Numbered from the whole stretch's first letter, positions 13,461 through 26,999 are shown. The stretch: 63,792 nucleotides of DNA, filler included, from Diploschistes diacapsis (GCA_023645945.1; 16 parts of 16 records of this genome joined end to end with filler, not necessarily neighbours in it); one strand, 5' to 3'. The notes: generated by a model not told the origin, from the letters alone. Made by a program: numbers and translations.

Positions 13461-13929
13461 GACATGCACAGGGAAAAGCACAAAGATAGAATACAGCTTG
13501 TATTAACAATATTACTTTGTTTGGCGGTCGAGAACCCATCTTCTTAACGATCGGTATCCATAAACCTTTCGTGATTAGAAAAGCAATTGTGCTGATGAGA
13601 TGATATATGCATATAGTATATAGTAGTGACCAGCGCTTTGCTTGCGGCCTTTTGTTCCTGGCAGCTACGTCATTGCGATGGAGCCCCGCTACAGGTAGTT
13701 AGACTTGTATCCATTCACCTCAGTTGATGGGCAGAACATAGTAGTACTCAGGTTTACTAAGAAAAGGAGAGTCGCTAGAGCTTGGAACACAGGTCAACTA
13801 ATCTTTCAAGCACATCAAGGTAGATGATCCATACTACGGCCCTGAGGGTTTGTGAGCTGACTTCCAATCTAGTCTCAATTCCTCAACAACCCCCACCTTT
13901 TGCCTAGCCAGGGCCATCTTGACTTCACC

Positions 13930-14403
13930 ATGCCTCGTGGAAACGCTTCTCAGTGCAAGGTCCACTACCAAGGAAAGGACGATGATTTCATCATTCTCGT
14001 TGACGATGCCGGGTCTGTACAGAAATGGAAAGGCGACCGCTCCATCCCGCTTGCCCAGGTAGTAAGCGGCTTCAAGATCTTTGTTACCCATAAGTGAGCG
14101 AACTCTGCTGGCCCCAACGACCCAGTGAACCACGTGTGATACGAAGGCTAATGCATTCACATTCGATGATAGACATGGAGCTCAAGGCGTTCTGGATACG
14201 GCGAGCAAGTCGACATTGGAGAATGAGTTTGGTACGCACAACGACGATGAGTGTATGATCAAAATTCTGGAGAACGGCTCGATCCAAGAGACAGAGGTCC
14301 GTCAACCTGCTTCAGAGCATGATACAAACTGACCTAAGATACATAGACCAGCGAACGCCAGGGCACAAAGAACGAAAGTCAAGGCCCACGGGTTGCTCAC
14401 TAG
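13930..14403 (+). CDS. RTC3: SBDS/SDO1 N-terminal domain protein (Rtc3), 3 exons
   Basis: KWKGDRSIPLAQVVSGFKIFVTHK|HGAQGVLDTASKSTLENEFGT..KILENG. Confidence 0.85.
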
Positions 14404-14928
14404 ATGTGTTGAACTACCTACGCACAGACAATAGTCTACTTACCTTTTGTGGTGCATGCATTCTTCAGCCTCTTCGGGTGGACATTTATCAGTGTTTGAG
14501 TGTTTTGAGGGTCCCATAGGCGGTTGATACGGAGATGGGAGAATTTCTAATCAGATCGCTAGGCGTAAGTAATGAATTTTAATCCTCATCCTGGCTATCT
14601 TTAGATTTGTACCATCCTGCGAACTTGGAGAGGAGTAGATAGACTCATCACCCTATGATCAACCTCGTTGCGCCCCGGAACTCTTTCAGAGTCCAAAATT
14701 TTGTTTCACCCAGTCCATCATTGTGAAGGGCTGTTCATATTCCAGTTTGAGGAGCACCCTCGGCTAAACCCTTCCCCGCCTCATGCACCGTAAACATTGG
14801 AGCAAGCATCCAACCAACTTCTCAGGCCCATTCATTCTATTTCAAACCCCAAAGCATCAAAAATTTCAAAGGGCTGATTCGGGGGTTTGACGATACTTAT
14901 TCCTGGACACATCCATGTAGACGCCATC

Positions 14929-15828
14929 ATGGGCCTGAGGATGGATATACATGCGCCTTCCGTTGCTTCCGCCACCCAAGGCCCTTCAAATGGGGCAGGC
15001 GAAGAGTCCAAGTCGGTTTTAGATCTCATCAAGGAGAAGGATGAAGTAGAAGCCGAGCTCACCGCACTGGGGGGCGTTCTGGAATCTGTAAGCCCCTCAG
15101 CTGCTCCTGGCCCTACTACGCCCAATAAAATCCAGTTTCTACAGAGAGAGCTGACTGCTATAGCATGGCGTGAATATGGACACAAGTCTTATCACACATG
15201 ACGGTTTTCCCAGGGATGACTTGGATATCGCTCAGAGTATGCTTCTCGAGTATTGATAGTTATTTGCGCGTTGACAGTCACTTCATAGTACGGACCACAA
15301 GGGTTCGCATCATCCGGCTACGGAACGACTACAAGTCCCTCATGTCCCGGATAGAGACAGGTTTGCATGAGCACTTTGCAAAGTCCAAAGAACATGAGAT
15401 ACCTTTGGAACCTTTACAATCTACACCGGCTACTAGAGGATCCGAGCGAGATACGGGAGCCGCTTCGAGACAGGCCGACGAAGAAGCCGGTGCTGCCTTC
15501 GCGAAAGTGAACAGCGTCGTTACAGGCAGTCCAGCGGATCAAGCCGGCCTCAAAGCCGGTGACGAGGTCCGACTCTTTGGCGATGTGAATTGGTTAAACC
15601 ACGAGAAGCTTGCTAGGGTTGCAAGAACAGTGCAGAGGAACGAAGGGGTACGTTAACGATCTGCACTCCTTTGAAGGCCGGTAGCTAATGAAGAGGCAGT
15701 CACCCATTAGGGTCAGGGTAACACGCAGGATTGCGCGTGGATCTTCGGAAGAGCACGATCTGGAGCTGATCCCGCGCTCCAATTGGGGGGGTCGCGGCAT
15801 GTTGGGCTGCCACTTACTCCCAATATAG
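14929..15828 (+). CDS. NAS2: Proteasome assembly chaperone Nas2/p27 (N-domain + PDZ)
   Basis: DGFPRDDLDI, VRTTRVRIIRLRNDYK, FAKVNSVVTGSPADQAGLKAGD, WGGRGMLGCHLLPI. Confidence 0.9.
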
Positions 15829-16426
15829 TCTCGACATCGTGTACTCCGAAGGCCTGAAAGATAAATATCTAGCCATGGGTTGGTCTTGTTGTTGGGACGC
15901 TGCAGCACTGTTCCCGGGCGTTGAGCTTGGCCACAAGGACGATGCCATTGTGAAAAGATCACGAATGTGCGTTCACGCACGATTGGACGGGCTTCCCATC
16001 AGGCGATGGTCAGGCTCAGTATATACATTAATGCATGAATTTTTACTGTTACCTGTACCATATCTTGCAAGGTTTCTGCATAGAATTGGAGGTAATGTCT
16101 GCCTACATTCTTCTGAAGGTTTTGCAGGTGTACTTGTGATGTGTTAATGACTCAACAAGCGTGACAGGCCTTTGTAAGGTCTGCCAAGCCTTCCTTAAAA
16201 TTCACCTCCCACTTTCACTTTTTGCCGAAACAAACATCATTGCCTTCTTATTACTACTTGAGCCTCCGCTATCCAGCTTGCGACATTCTCAATTCATCAA
16301 ATTCGTAAGTATACTCCTCGACTGCACTTTGTGCTTAAGCGCCAGCCACCCCACTGATCACCCAGCGGCCTCCTCCTAGTCTATCGATAAGCCCCACCAC
16401 CACAACAAAGGATCAGAAGCTTCATC

Positions 16427-17328
<902 letters not shown>

Positions 17329-17719
17329 GTCTGTTTCCGGGGGTTTTTATTTTGTGACGACCGGGTGGAAAAGTTCACACGACACACAAACGAACGAACC
17401 GATGGTTCTCTCGGAGCAGTGTAGCTTAGCGCTGACGGTCCGGGGCGAGCCAGTTGAGAGGGAAGGAATGAACAAGAACACAGCATTTTTTTGTTAGGTT
17501 GTGAGAATCCAAATTAGTAGTTTAGATAAGATTCGTATTTTGCTCGTCCTGGCCTGCTTAGGGCGGGCAGGCATTCGCAGCAGCTTGCGTAAAGAATCAC
17601 ATGGAAGCAACGGCTCAACCGCCCATGTAAATCATTGCATTTTACTCGTAGGTTTTGGCCGCCAAGTCAATGGTCCAGCGTCACGGTCCTTTGTATCTGC
17701 TACCATACCCTACCCTACT

Positions 17720-19596
17720 TTATGCTACAGCAAGCGGATCCTGGCCCTGTTCCAACTGGCTCTTGCCCAGCATCCTGCCCTGGCCCATCAAAACCTTGCA
17801 CTTGGCCATGACGGGGTCCATGGCCATTGTCGCCACAGCCACCACCGTGTCGCCCTTGGTGTAGTACGCCGCGAAGGAGCCCTCGTCCGGGTTGCCCTTG
17901 ATGACCACGTCGTCGTACCCCTTGTGCGTCTGCCCGCAGTACCGCAGCTGCGCGCCCAAGGCGGACCAGAAGACGGGGATGAAGTGCTTCGGCGGCGCGC
18001 CGCCCGGCTTCGCGAGCGTCCGACCCACGGACCGCCCCGCGTTCTGCGCCACGTTCCAGTGCTCGATGCGCACCAGGGTCCCGTCGCCGCCGGGGCCGTG
18101 GTACGGGTAGCTGGCTATGTCGCCTATGGCGTAGACCCCCTCCAGTCCCTGGACGGCAAAGGACTCGTCCGTCTTGACGGAGCCGTCCTTCTCGAGCTCG
18201 ATCTTGGAGGACTTTAGGTACTCGGTGGCCGGGGCAACCCCAACTCCGAGCACGACAAGGTCGGCTTCCAGCACCGTGCCGTCTTTCAAGTGCACCGCGC
18301 CGACAGAGCTGGAGTCTTCGGATGAAGGCGTAGCCTTGTCGACACTCGCGCCCATCTTGAATTTCACGCCATTCTTCTCGAGGTTCTTGCGGAAGACAGA
18401 GCCGATCTTGGGACCCATGACTGTCTCGATGGGTTCGTTCTCCATGCCAACGATCGTTACACTGTTCTCCTTGGACAAGCAATTGCCGACCTCCATGCCG
18501 ATGAAGCTGCTGCCGACGACGACGATCTTTTTGCCTTTGTTCTCGCCGACGGCGCTGAGGATCGCTTGCGCATCGTGCACTTTGCGCAGGACAAAGACAT
18601 TTTTGAGATTCTTGAAGCCGGGAAGGGGAAGTCTCTTGGGGGTTCCACCTGTTGCGAGAATAAGCTCGGTGTAGGGGTACGATTTGCCCGAAGCCGTGGA
18701 AATGCTTTTGCCGCTGAAGTCGACGGAGGTGACTTCGTCTTTTACGATCTTGATAGAGGACTCGTCGTACCATGCCTGCGGCCGAAGTAGGACCTGATTT
18801 ACGTCGGGTATCAGAGCCTTGGAGAGCTTGGTTCGGTCTATGGGTAGGTTTTCGTCTTGGGTGATGATGGTCACCGGAGCCTTGGAGCCGTTTTCTCTAA
18901 GAGATTGGACGAAGCCCATTGTGCCGCTCCCACTATCCCAGATTCAGTAAGCAAAGCCGTAGGATGATCGGACGCATTCGCAGCTCACCCGCCGACGACT
19001 ACAATCTCCTCCTGCCCTTGAGCTTTACATGCCAGATCCGGCTTCCTTCTGCTGGCCTTGATCGTGGATTCGTCACCCTTTACGTAGACGGCGCCATCCT
19101 TCTCGAAGACCTCGTACTTTGCCAACGCATCGAGGGCGGGGGCATCTTCGACATCACCCGTCCCGAGGTCAAAGCAGGCTTGAAACAAGTCAGGTTGCTG
19201 TTCCCAGAATCACTATGGGTTGAGAAGGAGATAAAACGCCGTAGACATAAAGAAAAGCGAGGGTGCCATACCGCCGTGCCAAGCACATGTGATCTTTCCC
19301 TCAGAAAGTACACCCTTGCTTAAAGGAGCGCCGTAGTGAGTGCAGTTGGAGCTCGTGGCGTGAATCTTGCCGCCGCTGTTGGCAAGCAGAACCTTTCCAC
19401 CCTCAACACCCTCTAATTCAACCGTCTTCATCTCGCCATCTTTCAGACTGAGCGATGACAGCTCCTTCACTTTAAATTCTTGCGCCATGTTCCTGAATGA
19501 CCGACTGAAGCGAGCCGATTGTAATATGCTCAAGGAAGGATTAATTGATATGAAGAATTGACAGGCTCGTGGGTATGTGAGCAAGCGTAGAGGCAT
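17720..19596 (-). CDS. AIF-like flavoprotein: Rieske [2Fe-2S] + pyridine nucleotide-disulfide oxidoreductase (second in-frame ATG at 19488)
   Basis: Rieske CTHYGAPL..CAWHGACF; GGGSG FAD motif; LILATGG; GSSFIGME; YAIGDIA; RIEHWNVA; PVFWS. Confidence 0.92.
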
Positions 19597-19860
19597 TGGC
19601 TGAGGGGTTCAGGTGCACAGTGTAAGGGCTCCATGGATATATGCATGCACTGTATACTAGCTCCTACAGACAATGTTTCTTACCGAGTTAAGGTTGTCCA
19701 ATAGAAGGGTAGATGATTGCCTCTGCAGCATCTAGGAGAGCTCGATTGTTAGCACGAGCTAGCTCTTTGGTCGAAGAATCACGGTGAAGGCGAGCAACTG
19801 GGGGACAGACGCTAACATCTGAACCAGGGTAGGTGCTGTTTTCACAACTGCTTCTAGTTA

Positions 19861-20056
19861 ACGTGTTCCACCAGGAAACGGGTTACAACACGAATCGGGT
19901 TACAATGCCTGCACCTTCGTAAAATGGATTTCTTAACATTTTCACCTTTCGTACGATAATTTTGTGGGGCCCAAAAGCTCGCTTAAAACCATCTAGCGTA
20001 TCTACATTATAATGAGTAACCCGCTTCGGTGTAACCCGTTTCCTGGTGGAACACGT
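19861..20056. mobile_element. Intact 196-bp MITE, pogo/Fot1 (Tc1-mariner) type
   Basis: Perfect 27-bp TIR ACGTGTTCCACCAGGAAACGGGTTACA; TA on both flanks; no ORF. Confidence 0.93.
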
Positions 20057-20176
20057 TAACTATGATATATGATTACGTATTCAAGCTACACCGACTTCAA
20101 CATAGGTATCCTTTGTTAGTTTGCGTACTTGCCAATTCTGTCGCGATCCTCTAGAGATCTTCCACTATTTTGAGGA

Positions 20177-21731
20177 ATGACCTCTCCCTATACTCGTTTA
20201 TGCACACACTGCTGCCATCGCTCAACGAGCATCGTTTCCATCCATTCGGCATCTCTTACATCGAGACAATTTTCCTCCAGCGCCAAAGCCCGTAATACTC
20301 CTGATCCGCGGACCGGACCTTCGAGCAGAACCATCGAAGATGACTACGCTGCCATTCGCGAAAGCTACAGTGCGTAGATCTCTGTACAGCACAGCGCCTA
20401 TAAACCCAAGCTTACCATCGCTAGAAACCCCTCGGAACCCAGTTGTCTTGGCCCACGGCCTCCTGGGCTTTGACGAATTGCACCTAGTCGGCAACTATCT
20501 CCCCGGCGTCCAATACTGGAGAGGCATCAAGGAAGCACTGGATGCCAATGGCATTGAAGTCATTACCACTTCGGTGCCGCCGTCCGGGTCGATCGAGAAC
20601 AGAGCAGAGATGCTGCGGCGAAGCATCAAGGAGAAGGCATCTGGACGGAGTGTGAACATTGTCGCGTAAGGCGGTCGATCAGCTCTTCCTACCTTGGCTG
20701 ATATTCTTTAAGGCATAGCATGGTTGGTCTTGATCTGAGCCCTCTGTGCCCTATGCGCTAACAGATCGAGGGGTAATTGGACATCTCGCCTTTCATTCAA
20801 CGTGCACTGATACGCAACCAGGGGACTGGACTCTAGGTTCATGGTCAGCCAATTGCAGCCGCCAGATGTGGACGTTCTCTCCTTAACTACGATTGCAACG
20901 CCGCATCGAGGTACTTGCCCTACTTCGTTCGATCTGTTCGCGCGGCTCACAGCTCCAGGATCTTCGTTCGCCGATTATGTGTTCAATGAGATAGGCTGTA
21001 AGTTTTCCAGGGCATTTACAGCACCTATGCTTAAACCCCCAAGTAAAGAATGTCCCAAGAGTCTACAAGGCCGCCGAGCGCCTTGGCTTGGAAACGGGCG
21101 CTTTTAGCCAATTGACCAAGGATTACATGAGGGAGACCTTCAATCCCAAGACGCCAGACAGGCCAGGTATCCGGTAAAATAACCTGCCCCGTTGCGGGCC
21201 AGTTTTCGAAACTAACAGGAAGGGCGTGAAGATACTTTTCCTATGGGGCTTCCTGTAATCCGCACCTCCTGTCTGTGTTCCGTCCATCCCATCGCATCAT
21301 CGAGAAAGAGGAAGGGCCGAACGACGGTCTAGTCAGTGTGGAAAGCAGCATGTGGGGCGACTACAAGGGCACTTTGGAAGGCGTCAGCCATTTGGATCTT
21401 ATTGTGCGTATTCTTGGTTCCTTGTGGCTACGTGTCGTCGTTTCCGTGAGCAGAGTGTCACCCTGCAAACTTACTTGAAAACCTGAGCTACCGTGTTGAC
21501 TCCTTTGTCTAGAATTGGACGAATCGACTACGATGGCTCATTTGGGAAATGGCGGGAGAGAGAAGAAAGTATGTTTGTAGTCCCACCAAGGAGTCGGTAG
21601 CTGACCTTCGGCAAGCTTCAACGCGATAGCATTCTATCTGCATATCTCTGGTACGTACTGCGCCTTCTTCTTCCACCTGTCGCCTCCAACTCATTCACGC
21701 CTTAGATATGCTTGCCAAAGAAGGGTTCTGA
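20177..21731 (+). CDS. TGL2-like triacylglycerol lipase, intron-rich with micro-exons
   Basis: PVVLAHGLLGFD, YWRGI, A|HSM|G|GLDSR, LTTIATPHRGS, NDGLVSV.S..WG.Y.GTL..VSHLDLI|NW, FNAIAFYL, DMLAKEGF. Confidence 0.9.
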
Positions 21732-21922
21732 CTATGTGCCTCTCACCTTCCCAGGTGAGAGCGTGGACCCGTTGAAAGCGATCGAACCGCGCAAAAATGA
21801 CCCAACAGCGTTTGTGACAACGACATCGGCAAGCAGAAAGGGAGCGCAGTACAGGTTGCTAAGCAAAAAGCCTCTCAAGTCAAGGCCTCGAGATTGCCAG
21901 CGATGTTCCTCTCCCTCTCATT

Positions 21923-22534
21923 TCACCAGCCCACATGCCCTTTTCGACAGTGTCTTCGCCTCGAAACCGAGCTCCCCTCGGAGCTTACCGTTGTGATACT
22001 TCCAGCGCTCCGACGATGGCTGCGGCAGTCATCTTCGCTGTCACTGCCAAAGATGGTGTTTCCCGATGGCTGGGGCTTGTGCTTCGTGTGATACTTTTCC
22101 TTGGGTCTGATCACTTTATATGCAGTTCCGCCATCCGATTCATCGTCTGGTCCCGGAGGTGGTTCTTCCGCATCCTTGAGCGATTGTCCCTCGTGGCCGG
22201 CCTCCCTGACTTGGAGCGGGGTAATAGGAATGTCGCCGTGGTCGTCTTGATCATGATCATGATGCTCGAAGGGCTGGAAAGGCGGCTGTGGATAACCATT
22301 TCTGGCCAGAAGCCCTCGCTGCTGATGATAGGACAGAGAGCTCCACAGCGGGTGCTCCCAGGGATGTCTATAGCATGAAACTTGCGGCTGTGGGTAGACG
22401 AGTCGCCAGTCGTCGGACTCGGTGGTTGTCTTTGATCTGATGAAGTTCAGCCGCTTGTGCCTGGGTTCCCCATCATATCGTGGCCTCCGCTCTCGGATCT
22501 CAATCTCTCCTATAAGCTTAGGTAGAAGCCCCAT
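21923..22534 (-). CDS. Hypothetical 203-aa low-complexity protein
   Basis: ATG-initiated ORF in good context (GACATGG); no recognisable domain. Confidence 0.45.
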   Translation of the reverse strand: MGLLPKLIGEIEIRERRPRYDGEPRHKRLNFIRSKTTTESDDWRLVYPQPQVSCYRHPWEHPLWSSLSYHQQRGLLARNGYPQPPFQPFEHHDHDQDDHGDIPITPLQVREAGHEGQSLKDAEEPPPGPDDESDGGTAYKVIRPKEKYHTKHKPQPSGNTIFGSDSEDDCRSHRRSAGSITTVSSEGSSVSRRRHCRKGHVGW

Positions 22535-23340
22535 GTCGCTGTTGCTGAGCGGTGCTGTGCGAGAAGACTGTATAGAAGTTGATTGGATCGGGAGCTGGAC
22601 CTATGCTTTCCTCGATTGATAGCGAAAGAAGCTTGTTGGAGGACCAGGCAGTACAAGTAGCCAGTGACATGAAAGAAGGACGCAGGCCGGGTGAATTTAA
22701 ACTACTCATGGCCTGTACTTGGGTGCATGATGATGGAGCGCCATGGAAAGCCGTGTTTGCTCATTGAAGTGCCTTGGGGAAAAGCGCCGGCGCTAGATGG
22801 GATTGAGTCAAGCCTGCGTAGTAGCCTAGAGTTGCCTGAATGAACCTGTCCAGAAGATTTTCCGGCTCGCGCCGGGGCTCTCTTTCATTGTTCAATACCC
22901 CGGGTGGTTTGTTTTCAGTGCAGGCAGAAAACAGATACTCAGCCAAAAGTTAAAATCTTTAGGCTTTTTTGCAACGCTGACCATGATCGAGAACAGTGGC
23001 TTGACTTTCTTGCCGAGTACCGAGTCCCTTTGGACACTCCACTGCCACCCTGATTAGCTCCCCCGACATAGGCGCCGCCAAGGCGCATTTACTCAATCGC
23101 TGCTTTTCTCTTAACATGGGGGCTCGGATAGTTTGAGCGGCCGAAGAAAGGCATAGTAGTGTTGATCTTGAAGGTTATCAGGCTTTGTCCTCACGGCATT
23201 TCCCGACCGACCGAAAAGTTGACTTGGTGACAAGTACATACACGGCGAACAAACACGGTGGAGTGGACGCGCGCTTTTTGTGCGTAAAGTATCAAGCGAC
23301 ACGCGGGTATAGGGAAAGGTCATTACTTAAAAAGAAGTCG

Positions 23341-23362
23341 TGACCCTAGTAACCGAACACGT
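23341..23362. mobile_element. Isolated ACGTGTT-type TIR remnant
   Basis: Reverse complement reads ACGTGTTCGGTTACTAGGGTC and shares CCTAGTAACCGA with the end at 29371-29430. Confidence 0.5.
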
Positions 23363-23783
23363 GATATAATAACAAAATTATGATCATAAATATACAAAGT
23401 GAACTATCTCCAATTATGATTATTTGAAACTTTATATTTTAGATAACAATATCAGCATAGGAAAGCTAGCTATTATTCTCACCTATTCTCGAAATGATGC
23501 CAAGACACTAAGACAATTAATTCTAGTAGCTTTTACAACGTACTATTTAATAATAATTTCTTGTGTGCGTTTTGTTCATCGAATTCCCGAGAACTTGCCC
23601 TCCCTTTTACATGCACGACGGAATTAGCGGAATCAGCCCCACCTAGAGCTTAGATGAATTGGAGCTCTGCCACCCTGTAAAGTCCGCTCATATTCGACAG
23701 GATAGTTTTCAACATATCCTGTCTCTGGTCTCTTTTGCCACCGCAGCCTCGTAAAGGCTAAAAACGCTTTACTATATCACACC

Positions 23784-24683
23784 ATGTCCTCTATGCGCAA
23801 CGCGGTGCAGCGCCGCTCTCATAAGGAACGAGCACAGCCCAAGGAGAGAGAGAGATTGGGTATTCTCGAGAAGCACAAAGTATGAATAGATCGCCGCTTT
23901 GTGACGACAAGAACTTATACTAAACGTGCCAAGGACTACTCTCTCCGTTCTGCCGACTACAATGAGAAAAGGAACCGCCTTAAGCGCTTTCGGAGTTTGG
24001 CCGCTGAGCGTAACCCTGATGAATTTCATTTCGCGATGATGAGCAGTAAAACGAGGAACGGCGGGCAGAAGGTCGCTGAGCGAGGTAACCAGGTTCTAAG
24101 TCAAGACGCCGTCCGGTTGTTGAAGACTCAAGATGCTGGGTATCTGCGGACAATGGCCCAGAGGACAAGAAGAATGAGAGAGCGACTGGAGCAGGCAATC
24201 CTATTAGACGAGGACTACCATTTATCCGGCGTTCGTGGCACCCCAGAAGGAATTCGACATTCGAGTCATATCGTCTTCGAGGATACAAAAACAGCCCAGG
24301 AGAAATGGGGCTTAAGCCAAAACCGGAAGTCGGAAGAGCAGCCTCCATTCAATTCCTCTGAAAGTTCTCATGTGCTGAGTGACAATTCCTTACATCGCGC
24401 CGAAGCTAAAGTTGTGCGGGGAGGCCAGCTTTACGAAAATTCTACGCCACTGCCGTCAACCCAAACCCCTTCAGATCATCAAGCAGCAAAGAAAACTCGT
24501 AAACGGCGCAAGCGGAATTCTGAAGCAAAGCAAAACATTTTGAAAGCCTTGAAGAAACGTGAAGGTGATCTCAGAGCAGCAGAGCAAGAACTTGATGCAC
24601 AAAGGGCCAGGCTGGATCACAGGCACAGTACAATGACTGCAAGAAGCGGTGTCAAATTCAGGGTTAGGCAAAGGAAAAGATAG
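23784..24683 (+). CDS. UTP11: U3 snoRNA-associated protein 11 (intron 23880-23933)
   Basis: [56 protein letters not shown]-terminal RQRKR. Confidence 0.95.
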
Positions 24684-25102
24684 CTTACAGCTTTGGGATC
24701 ATTTCTTAGATTTAGAAAAGGTCTGCTTATGTACTATCTTATTATGATTAGAGTTCAGGAAATTCTCGAGGAACGATTCATGTTTTTTTCATGTGAGAAG
24801 ACACTGCGGTGGGAAACATCATCTGGGCGGCCCACTGGTTCTCTCGGATAGCCTCCCGAGCCTCCCTTTTGACTTGGGTGCCAGCTTGCTACCGCCTGAG
24901 GATACGCGGAGACGGTCGAATCTTTTTATATTTTAATTTCACCACTATCGGACCTTACGTCTTATTATTCTAATTTAAATTTTATGACCGTTTATAAAGA
25001 CTATTATAATGATCGATAATATCGTTATATGAGACGCCAGCGCAGGAAAGGGCACTACATTATTAAAGATTAAACCTAATCTAAAATGTTGTGATTTAGG
25101 TA

Positions 25103-25127
25103 ACGTGTTTCACGGTCAGCTCGGCCA
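25103..25127 (+). mobile_element. pogo/Fot1-like TIR start at contig end
   Basis: TA|ACGTGTTTCACGG.. matching the ends at 42923 and 50478. Confidence 0.65.
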
Positions 25128-25227
25128 NNNNNNNNNNNNNNNNNNNNNNNNNNNNNNNNNNNNNNNNNNNNTTAATTAATTAANNNNNNNNNNNNNNNNN
25201 NNNNNNNNNNNNNNNNNNNNNNNNNNN
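25128..25227. other. Artificial contig linker (first of 15; others start at 27727, 30320, 32911, 35498, 38078, 40658, 43233, 45808, 48383, 50956, 53525, 56093, 58660, 61227)
   Basis: Identical 100-nt N44-TTAATTAATTAA-N44 blocks giving stops in all six frames; flanking contigs decrease in length. Confidence 0.98.
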
Positions 25228-26682
25228 GGATCAGGTGGGGGAATTGGTGGAGGAGGAGGTGGTGGTATCCTTGGTGGTCTCGGAAGTAGGGCAAGGAGCA
25301 GTAACGCACCTGGTATTAAGGAAGAAGGAATCGGGAGAGAAAGAAAGGGGAAAGGAAGGGGGACGGGCACGAAGGAGGAGGAAGCTGATGAGATGAATGT
25401 TTATGATGGAGATATGGACGAGTACGATGGAATCGATGTAGACTTTATTGATGATGTGGATCTCGTGAACGACGAAGAGATGGCTGCCGGCATGTCAAGA
25501 CCTTCTGGCAGCAGCAGAAATGACGGTTTCGCTGGTTGGGGTTTGAATCCGGTCCGCCTGAGAAGGGAAGAGCATATCAAAAGGGCAGCTGGCGTGAACA
25601 CGGATGCAAGCTCTGCGACTTCGGCTCAGATCCGTCAGAAAGCAAAAGAGGCTGGTGTTGATGCTAGTGAAGTCACAGTGGTTGCAGATGAGGGATCCGC
25701 CGCTCCTAAGATCAAGGCAGTGAAGAGTAAAGGCAAAGCAAGAGACGTTGAGTTTGTGCGGGATGAGAAGAAATGGCAAGGCGTATTCACTGACGAGGAT
25801 GTTGTGGAGCCAAAAATCAAACAGGAGGATGCGGATGATGTTCACATGGCCGATGTTCCTTCTATCACAGCTACTGGACAAACTGCAGTCTCACCTCCTT
25901 CGACTCCACCCATTGACAAGGAAATGCCACCGCCACCAGTTCCCCAAAAAGAAGCTAAGCCCAAGAGGCGCAGACAATCATGGCAACATTTCAATAAACC
26001 AGTACTGCAGACACAAGAAGATTACGCGGAATGGGAACGCTACAAAGAGGACATGGCGAACCTAGCAGAAGAGCTCAGTATATCGAAAATAGAGCCCATC
26101 AAAGACGCAGACGGAGGCACTGACATTACTGAAGCAGATCCGGTAGACCGACGACAGGACCTTGTCTACCTCTTTCAGCTTCCACCTATACTTCCTAATC
26201 TCGTGACGCCATCACAGGCTACGCAACTCGATGAATCTAAAACACAAGATCCCACTGGATATGATGGGCAGCCTGGCGCTAATATTCAACCGGACGGAAT
26301 TCGTTCAGCTGGAAACCCACAACAGTTGGGGAAAGCCAATGCATCTAGGCCGGACACTAGCCAAACAAAGATCAAACAAGAAGAAGATACTAAGGACCCA
26401 AATCTGACAAACGTTTCTGGTCCACGCCTTGACATCAGCGCTGCAACAGAGGAGGACTTTGTTGGACCCGTGGGAACCCTGACTGTGTACGAATCCGGTG
26501 TGACGGCGCTCGACTGGGGAGGAGTGGAATTTGAGCTAGGTATCGGCGTCGGATCGCACCTGCAGGAGGTGGTGATTCTCGATGATGGGGAGGTGAAAGG
26601 GGAGGCGAACGCGATGAGCGAGGTTTCTGCAAACTTCGTGGTCACTCCTGGATGGGAGAGCCTTTTTGCTGCAAAGAAATAA
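25228..26682 (+). CDS. RPC53: RNA polymerase III subunit RPC4/RPC53, 5'-partial
   Basis: PVRLRREEH; VYLFQLPPILPNL; VGTLTVYESG..LDWGG; FVVTPGW C-terminal Rpc4 domain. Confidence 0.8.
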   Translation, partial: GSGGGIGGGGGGGILGGLGSRARSSNAPGIKEEGIGRERKGKGRGTGTKEEEADEMNVYDGDMDEYDGIDVDFIDDVDLVNDEEMAAGMSRPSGSSRNDGFAGWGLNPVRLRREEHIKRAAGVNTDASSATSAQIRQKAKEAGVDASEVTVVADEGSAAPKIKAVKSKGKARDVEFVRDEKKWQGVFTDEDVVEPKIKQEDADDVHMADVPSITATGQTAVSPPSTPPIDKEMPPPPVPQKEAKPKRRRQSWQHFNKPVLQTQEDYAEWERYKEDMANLAEELSISKIEPIKDADGGTDITEADPVDRRQDLVYLFQLPPILPNLVTPSQATQLDESKTQDPTGYDGQPGANIQPDGIRSAGNPQQLGKANASRPDTSQTKIKQEEDTKDPNLTNVSGPRLDISAATEEDFVGPVGTLTVYESGVTALDWGGVEFELGIGVGSHLQEVVILDDGEVKGEANAMSEVSANFVVTPGWESLFAAKK

Positions 26683-26999
26683 GTGGGTGTAGGGATTGAG
26701 TGCTTTGATGATGGGAATGGCCTGGATATTTACAAAAAGAAGGGACCTCAGCGTGATCAAAGACTTTGTTGTTGAGTATGCACGGAGAAGATAGGGTGGA
26801 AGACGATAGCATGCTTGTTTGAAAAAGTGATACCCATAGATTTTATTTACAAGATCGAGGCATGTGCAGCTCAGATATCTTCTTGGAGCCACAACAACCT
26901 AGGCGCTTTCATTAAGCATGTCGATTATCTCCTCTCTGCCAATGCACGAGCCTATGCGTGCTCGCCATGACCTTCCAAAATCGGCCCCTCACTCCTCAT

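Noticed and set aside
17501..18773. Long overlapping alternative ORFs (238, 352 and 166 aa) over the AIF gene
   Set aside because: Shadow frames caused by GC-rich codon usage
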